DNA from: an uncultured Bacteroidota bacterium
Lineage (GTDB): Bacteria; Bacteroidota; Bacteroidia; Bacteroidales; M50B96
Direction: 5' to 3'
Assembly (NCBI GenBank): GCA_937954085.1
Contig: CALGAK010000125.1
Location: 43,224 to 107,223 of the forward strand
Length of the DNA stretch: 64,000 bases
The translations under genes and the position numbers were made by a program. The notes under the pieces were generated by a model that was not told the origin of the DNA, did not search any database, and saw nothing but the letters and a program-made list of their open reading frames with translations. This document shows positions 58,206 through 64,000 of the stretch, one piece after another. The stretch's first letter is position 1. Each line of letters starts with the position of its first letter.

Positions 58206-61200
58206 ATGAAAAATCTTTTCTTGTTGCTGGTTTTTGTTGTGTTAACAGCAGCTTTTGGCAGTATTTACGGGCAACAATCGGTCAATATTTCAGTCTATTA
58301 TGGAGGATTTGGAAATGAGTGCTCGTGGGAAATCGTTGAGAATCTTTCCGGCGATGTAGTCCTTTCCGGTGGCCCCGGAGCCAGTTCCAGCTTCAGTTAT
58401 AATAGTCCCCTTAGTCTAAATCCCGGAGAATATACCTTCCGCGCATTCGATTCCGAAGCCGACGGATGGTCTGATCCCGACGGGTATTACGCCATAACAC
58501 CAAGCTTCGGAACAGCTACCGGGAATATCCTTTTCCCAACAGGTTCTGAGCAAGAAACAAGCTTTACCATCCTTTCTCCCAATTCGGTCGAGGTAGGTGT
58601 AGTGGAATGGCTCAATCCAACCTCGGGTGCCGGGCTGAGCGCAAACCAAAGCATCACAGTAAAATATCGGAACTACGGAACTACCGCATTATCAAATCCA
58701 AGTTTTAGCTACTCCATCAACGGAGGGAATAGCTTTACAACGGAACTTTATGCTGGTTCAATCGCACCGGGAGCTACTGTCGATTATACTTTCTCGCAGT
58801 CGGCGAACCTAGCAAACCCTGGAACCTATGCTTGTGTAGCTGCTGCCGATAAAGCAGGCGATACCTACAGCGGAAACGATACGCTCGAAATTTCCATTCA
58901 ATCGATTGCAGCGATTACGAGCTACCCATACAGCGTTAACTTTACAAACTGGCCTCCAGCTAACTGGCAGCTTACCGGAGGTACCAACCAATGGCAACAA
59001 GATCCTAGCAACGCTGCCTTAGCAAAATTTTCGTTTTGGAATGGTGGAAATGCTATCCTAACTACACCACCGTTTAGCCTGCCAAGTCCTGCAACCTTGT
59101 CCTTTAACTGGTCTAGCTACTTTAGCCCCATCGCTCTGAATGATGCCTTGTACTTGGAGGTTTCGAATAACAACGGACAAGCCTGGCAAACAATCTGGTC
59201 CAAAGAAGGGATTGAGCTTTTTTCCAACGATGGGGTTACACTAGCTGCTCCTGGTTCCTATGCCTCCGAATCGGTCGATCTGTCCTCCTACGCCGGCTCC
59301 ATCGTGATGTTCCGTTTTAGAGGAGTATCCGGTTACGGCCACGATGTTTATATCGACGATTTTCTGGTGAGCATAAACCCCACCTACGACCTTGCTATAA
59401 CCAGTCTCACCAGCCCGGAAGTAAATGCTTGTAACCTGGGGCAAAACGTTCCAGTTACCATTGCAGTCAAAAACCTGGGAGCACAAATGGCCAGTAATTT
59501 TAGCTTGAGTTATAGTCTCAATGGTGTTGTCGTCGATACCGAAAATTTTACCTCCTTCCTCCCCGCAGGTGCTACGATACAACATACTTTTTCGACTCCG
59601 GTCGATTTTTCAACACTCGCTCAAGCGGAATTCGATTTTTCACTCTCATACGGACTCGACCTAAATGCCAACAATAATCAACTAACCGATGTAGTTGTTT
59701 TAAATTCAACTTCCATCAGTAGTTTTCCAGCATCAATCGATTTTGAATCATCAACCGAGAACTATTTAGCCTTCCTGTCCAACGATCAATCCAATGCCTC
59801 GGTTCAACCCGATGGAAGTAACAATCAATGCCTTCGTTTCGAAGGAGGAAATGTTTCGCAATTATGGATAGGTAGTGCTGATCCAAGTGCAACCAATGCT
59901 ACAACACCCACTCAAGCCTGGGAAATAAATACTCCCTATCATGCTGAAGCTTATACCTGTTCAATCGATGCAACCTCTTTGAGCTCACTCGAACTATTCT
60001 TCGACTTAAAACAACGATACAATTCAGGAAAATTAAACTCCTGGTTCAGGGTATTGGTCAATGGAACGCCCATTGCCGACATCGATGGGAATAATCATTT
60101 TAATCCCGAGACATCCTACAACGATACCTATGTGAATAGGCACTACGATTTATCGGCTTATGCGGGAACTCAATTTGTGCTTCAATTTCAAACAGCCAAC
60201 AAATTTAGCTCTAGCTATTCCTTTCCAGGAGATGTTGCTTTCGTCGATAATATCCTACTGCGCGAAATTCCACCGCCCGATATCGCATTGGTGGAGCTTA
60301 TCAATCCTGTCACCACTTGTGGTTTAGGGAACGATGAGGCGGTTAGTTTCTCCCTAACAAATCTTGGAGGAGAGAGTGTTTCTAATTTTACGGTTGAAGT
60401 TGATATCGACGGAGTAAACCTTATTTCGGAGGTATTCACAGGAATTTTATTGCCGGAGGATACCTTAACCTACACCTTAAGTAATACACTGGATCTTTCC
60501 GCTATTGATACCTACACTTTTGAAATGGAGCTTATCTTATCGGGCGATGTAAACACTCAGAATAATGCGATTTCAACCAGTATTGTAAATCATTCAAGCC
60601 CAAATGTCTCAATAAATGGTTTAAATAGTGAGTTTTGTTTGTATGAACAGGCAGTCACTTTGCAAGGAAGTCCAACTGGTGGAAGCTTTTCTGGAAATGG
60701 AGTCGAAAACTCTGTTTTTTATCCTATTAACGCCGGTTTAGGTCAACACACCATTCACTATGTTTACTCCGATCCACTTATCAATTGTGAGGTAGCAGTA
60801 GAGCAAAGCGTTTCGGTAATTGGCGAAGAAGTGTCCTTCACTGGACTCGACGAAAATCCTGAATTAATCGATGTTTTAGTAGTTGTCAATTATAATTCCT
60901 TTGCACCCTTAGAACAATCGTGGCAAATTGTCAATGAGTCGGGTACTGTAATCCTCGATAGTCCTACCGGAAATTACAACGGCTTTACATACAATGGTTC
61001 TATCCAATTACCGGTCGGGGAGTATTACTTCATTGCTTCCGACGTACCAGGAAATGGCTGGAATAATAGCTATTACGAAATTACTCCCGATTTGGGCGAA
61101 GGAACCGGAGTTCAAACATTTACTGTTTTACCCTTCAACGTTCCAACAAATCAACAAATTGATACTTTTCAGGTTGGTGTTCCTGTAGAATTTTGTGCCA

Positions 61201-63407
61201 TCGATACGGCTATTGTACTAACGGGAAATCCTGTTGGTGGTACTTTTAGTGGACCTGGTATAAGCCAGAATCATTTCAACCCTTCCCTTGCCGGACCGGG
61301 CACGCATCAGATTAGTTATACCTATGAATCCTTGAATTCATGTGTTGCTACCGTAACTCAGGAAGTAACCATTCTTGAAACACCTCAAGCATTTCTGGGG
61401 AGCGATATTACCGTATGTAATAACAATGCCAGTATTGCTCTGGCTCCTTTGAATGGACCTCAAGATGGAGCGTATAACTGGAGTAATGGTAGCACCAACG
61501 ATACGATTTGGGTTGATACGAACGGAACCTATAGTCTCACCATTACCGGCGATAATAGTTGCTCTACAATCGATACGATTGAGGTTGTGTTTACCACCGC
61601 GCTGGAATTAGATTTAGGCAACGACCTCTTGCTGTGCGAAGGTTCTTCTTTAAGCATTCTAGCTCCTGCCGGATTCGATCAGTACCTCTGGAGTACCTCC
61701 GAAACAACCTCGTCTATAACCCTTTCCGAAGCTGGAAGTTATGCCCTTACGGTTACTTCTGGTCAATGTACTGCTTCCGATACGGTAGAAGTTACGAGCT
61801 ATGTCCCTGAAACTGGAGTATCCAATGCTTATCAAACTTGCCCTGAAACAGCCCTCACTATCGATGCCAATCCTTCCTTATCAGAATACCTTTGGTCCAC
61901 CGGAGAAAGTTCGTCCTCCATTACTATTGCTGAGGTAGGGAACTATAGCATCACCGTTACCGACCAAAATCAATGTGAGAATATACAAGACTTTGCTGTA
62001 AGCTATTTCCCTCTGCCAGAGATTGATTTAGGTCCGGACCAAATTATCGAAGACACCTTAGTTATTCTCAATTTAGGTTCAGCATATAGCAGTGTATTGT
62101 GGTCAACCGGAGCAACCACTTCCTTTATTTCCATCGATACAGAGATTTATGGAGAAGGGGTTTACGAAATTTGGGCGCAGGTAAGTGACCAAAATAATTG
62201 CAGCAACTCCGATACACTTACCATTACCGTTTTGGAATCCATCGTCAGCCATTCCATATCACTCTCTAATGGATGGAGCATCATTTCCACTTATGTTAAT
62301 CCTGAGAATTCTTCCATAGTACCCCTTTTTAGCGACATTTACTCAAACTTGATTATTGTTAAAAATACTGCAGGAGACGTGTATTGGCCAGGGTTCAATT
62401 TTGATGGCATAGAGGTGTTTAATCCGCTCGAAGGTTATCAGATATTGATGGATCAGGCCGATGTGCTAACAATAGAAGGTTCGCTTATCGATCCTGTGTC
62501 AACACCACTCAGCTTACCGGTTAATTGGAGCATCATTGCTTATTCTCGTATCTCCGCAGCTCCCATTGTCACTCTTTTGAATCCCATCGTTAACGATATG
62601 ATTATTATTAAAAACAGCTCAGGCGATGTGTATTGGCCCGATCTGGGTTTCGATGGAATTGGGTTGATGCAACCCGGTGAAGGGTACCAGATTTTAATGC
62701 AGCAAGCCGCTACACTCACTTATCCGGCCAATTCAGCTTCCTTTGCCCCTGCTACCGCTAAAAGTATCCCTCCTTTAACAGCATTTGAACAAGTTACTCC
62801 ATCAGGAAATAGCATGACGCTAGGAATTACCGCTCAAGCCTTTTCCAAACAACATTACTTCCCCATTGAAGTGGGTGTATTTAATTCCAATCAGGAACTG
62901 GTTGGATCCGGTGTCCTTCTCAGTAGCCAGGAAGCTTTGGCCATCAGTTTATGGGGAATGGACGAAACACATGTGCCTCAAAATTGCCTTTCTCCTTTTG
63001 AATCCTACACCATTCAACTCTACTCTCAGGCGAGTAATGAATACTTGAACCTAACTGAAGTTGCCTATAGCAAAGGAGATGGTCAGTACGAGCATAACGA
63101 CTGGGAAATCATCGAGAAACTTGTTATTAGTGGGCGAACCCCACTGGAAGCCCCAACGATGACCCTTTATCCTAATCCAATACATCAAGCTCCCGTGCAG
63201 CTTACCATGGAAATTATGGAAAGCTCTAAAGTAAACGTTGAAATAGTTAATGTCGAAGGTGAAACACTTAAACAAATTATAGACGATTATTACCTTTCGG
63301 GAAAATATCATCAAGTAATCGATTTGAACGATTTAGCCGCAGGATCCTATTTTGTGATTTTATCGTCGAATCAACATCGAATTGTAAAAAGCATTGTAAA
63401 GCAATAG
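58206..63407 (+). CDS. Giant multidomain T9SS cargo / cell-surface protein
   Basis: It has a signal peptide (LLLVFVVLTAAFGSIYGQ), duplicated modules, CARDB-like and MAM/choice-of-anchor-like segments, and Cys-framed Ig-like repeats. The type-A CTD reads LYPNPIHQ...GSYFVILSSNQHRIVKSIVKQ. Confidence 0.85.
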   Translation: MKNLFLLLVFVVLTAAFGSIYGQQSVNISVYYGGFGNECSWEIVENLSGDVVLSGGPGASSSFSYNSPLSLNPGEYTFRAFDSEADGWSDPDGYYAITPSFGTATGNILFPTGSEQETSFTILSPNSVEVGVVEWLNPTSGAGLSANQSITVKYRNYGTTALSNPSFSYSINGGNSFTTELYAGSIAPGATVDYTFSQSANLANPGTYACVAAADKAGDTYSGNDTLEISIQSIAAITSYPYSVNFTNWPPANWQLTGGTNQWQQDPSNAALAKFSFWNGGNAILTTPPFSLPSPATLSFNWSSYFSPIALNDALYLEVSNNNGQAWQTIWSKEGIELFSNDGVTLAAPGSYASESVDLSSYAGSIVMFRFRGVSGYGHDVYIDDFLVSINPTYDLAITSLTSPEVNACNLGQNVPVTIAVKNLGAQMASNFSLSYSLNGVVVDTENFTSFLPAGATIQHTFSTPVDFSTLAQAEFDFSLSYGLDLNANNNQLTDVVVLNSTSISSFPASIDFESSTENYLAFLSNDQSNASVQPDGSNNQCLRFEGGNVSQLWIGSADPSATNATTPTQAWEINTPYHAEAYTCSIDATSLSSLELFFDLKQRYNSGKLNSWFRVLVNGTPIADIDGNNHFNPETSYNDTYVNRHYDLSAYAGTQFVLQFQTANKFSSSYSFPGDVAFVDNILLREIPPPDIALVELINPVTTCGLGNDEAVSFSLTNLGGESVSNFTVEVDIDGVNLISEVFTGILLPEDTLTYTLSNTLDLSAIDTYTFEMELILSGDVNTQNNAISTSIVNHSSPNVSINGLNSEFCLYEQAVTLQGSPTGGSFSGNGVENSVFYPINAGLGQHTIHYVYSDPLINCEVAVEQSVSVIGEEVSFTGLDENPELIDVLVVVNYNSFAPLEQSWQIVNESGTVILDSPTGNYNGFTYNGSIQLPVGEYYFIASDVPGNGWNNSYYEITPDLGEGTGVQTFTVLPFNVPTNQQIDTFQVGVPVEFCAIDTAIVLTGNPVGGTFSGPGISQNHFNPSLAGPGTHQISYTYESLNSCVATVTQEVTILETPQAFLGSDITVCNNNASIALAPLNGPQDGAYNWSNGSTNDTIWVDTNGTYSLTITGDNSCSTIDTIEVVFTTALELDLGNDLLLCEGSSLSILAPAGFDQYLWSTSETTSSITLSEAGSYALTVTSGQCTASDTVEVTSYVPETGVSNAYQTCPETALTIDANPSLSEYLWSTGESSSSITIAEVGNYSITVTDQNQCENIQDFAVSYFPLPEIDLGPDQIIEDTLVILNLGSAYSSVLWSTGATTSFISIDTEIYGEGVYEIWAQVSDQNNCSNSDTLTITVLESIVSHSISLSNGWSIISTYVNPENSSIVPLFSDIYSNLIIVKNTAGDVYWPGFNFDGIEVFNPLEGYQILMDQADVLTIEGSLIDPVSTPLSLPVNWSIIAYSRISAAPIVTLLNPIVNDMIIIKNSSGDVYWPDLGFDGIGLMQPGEGYQILMQQAATLTYPANSASFAPATAKSIPPLTAFEQVTPSGNSMTLGITAQAFSKQHYFPIEVGVFNSNQELVGSGVLLSSQEALAISLWGMDETHVPQNCLSPFESYTIQLYSQASNEYLNLTEVAYSKGDGQYEHNDWEIIEKLVISGRTPLEAPTMTLYPNPIHQAPVQLTMEIMESSKVNVEIVNVEGETLKQIIDDYYLSGKYHQVIDLNDLAAGSYFVILSSNQHRIVKSIVKQ

Positions 63408-63453
63408 GACATATAAATAAGAAAACTCAAATAAATAGTAATAACTTAATAAG

Positions 63454-64000
63454 ATGATTATGAAGCACTTTTTATCATTTAAACATTTGTTGGCTTCTTT
63501 ACTGCTTGTTCTGCTCGGAACAACGGTAATTGCTCAGCCCTCTACCTGGTCCTTCAATAACACGGGAGCAAATCACACGATTCTCATCCAACCGGGAACG
63601 GTAACGATTGATGGGTCACCTATTGTATCCGGTGATTACATGGGTGTATTTTACACGGTTGGAGCAGGTCCCGACCTGGCTTGTGCCGGATATCTGGAAT
63701 ACAACAGTGCAGCTAATAATGCGATAACTGTTTGGGGAACAGAAGCCGGACTAAACAACGGAATGGCTAATGGAGAAGAATTTAAGTGGAAGGTATGGCG
63801 TGCTGCCGATGGTGCTATCATCGACATGACAGCAACGTATCAAACTGCTGGTTTCCCGAATTTAGGAACCTATGTAACCAATGGTATTTCCGCCATTGCC
63901 ACTATGACAGGTTCCGGTCCGGTAGTTTCTTTCTCAGCTACTGGCGATGCGACCAATGTTAGTTGCTATAATGCCTGCGACGGAGAAATTGCTTTAACTG
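63454..64000 (+). CDS. 5' part of a secreted protein with a conserved unknown module followed by SprB-like repeats; it runs off the window
   Basis: My own translation gives MIMKHFLSFKHLLASLLLVLLGTTVIAQPSTWSFNNTGANHTILIQP...GDYMGVFY...VWG...NVSCYNACDGEIALT. The frame is open to base 64000. Confidence 0.75.
   Translation, partial: MIMKHFLSFKHLLASLLLVLLGTTVIAQPSTWSFNNTGANHTILIQPGTVTIDGSPIVSGDYMGVFYTVGAGPDLACAGYLEYNSAANNAITVWGTEAGLNNGMANGEEFKWKVWRAADGAIIDMTATYQTAGFPNLGTYVTNGISAIATMTGSGPVVSFSATGDATNVSCYNACDGEIALT

Noticed and set aside
1-64000. I looked for CRISPR arrays, IS elements, integrases, tRNA-flanked islands, toxin-antitoxin pairs and known defence-system hallmarks (nucleases, STAND or AAA ATPases, reverse transcriptases).
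   Set aside because: None was found. There are no direct-repeat/spacer arrays, no transposase, recombinase or RT motifs, and the gene content is overwhelmingly core metabolism and envelope functions.

Overview
This 64-kb chromosomal window reads as a Bacteroidota genome. The evidence is type-A T9SS C-terminal sorting domains ending in KIVKQ, SprB-like repeats, an S46 dipeptidyl-peptidase, a TPR+LuxR regulator and TAnnTTTG-type promoter boxes. It holds about 46 tightly packed CDSs, and most are housekeeping genes. These include tRNA modification (mtaB, miaB, mnmG), ubiE, cvpA, ruvB, nadA, rpiB, ansA, dut, ybeY, ade and uvrC, plus a dps-peroxiredoxin/oxyR oxidative-stress module. There is also a TonB receptor with an HmuY-like lipoprotein and three WbpA/WbpD/WbpB-like sugar-nucleotide enzymes. 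I saw no rRNA, tRNA, CRISPR array, transposase, integrase, phage gene or recognisable defence island. I found no single obvious novel system. The items most worth a second look are these: (1) an orphan, hand-foldable three-way-junction RNA with its own terminator at 15502-15636, inside a 602-bp ORF-free spacer. (2) A non-classical glycogen cluster at 21882-31187 whose last gene fuses a eukaryote-type GT3 glycogen synthase to an alpha-glucan phosphorylase (1414 aa). (3) A translationally overlapping GT2 plus membrane GT-C-like/TPR pair at 38838-41508, next to a MOP flippase. (4) A CDF metal exporter fused to a GNAT acetyltransferase. (5) Two perfect GTTCCACGTGGAAC palindromes upstream of adenine deaminase. 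(6) An EnvC-like M23 protein coupled to a 1107-aa membrane coiled-coil protein. (7) An unnamed protein module shared by three T9SS cargo genes. All family assignments come from reading motifs by eye, and no database search was run.
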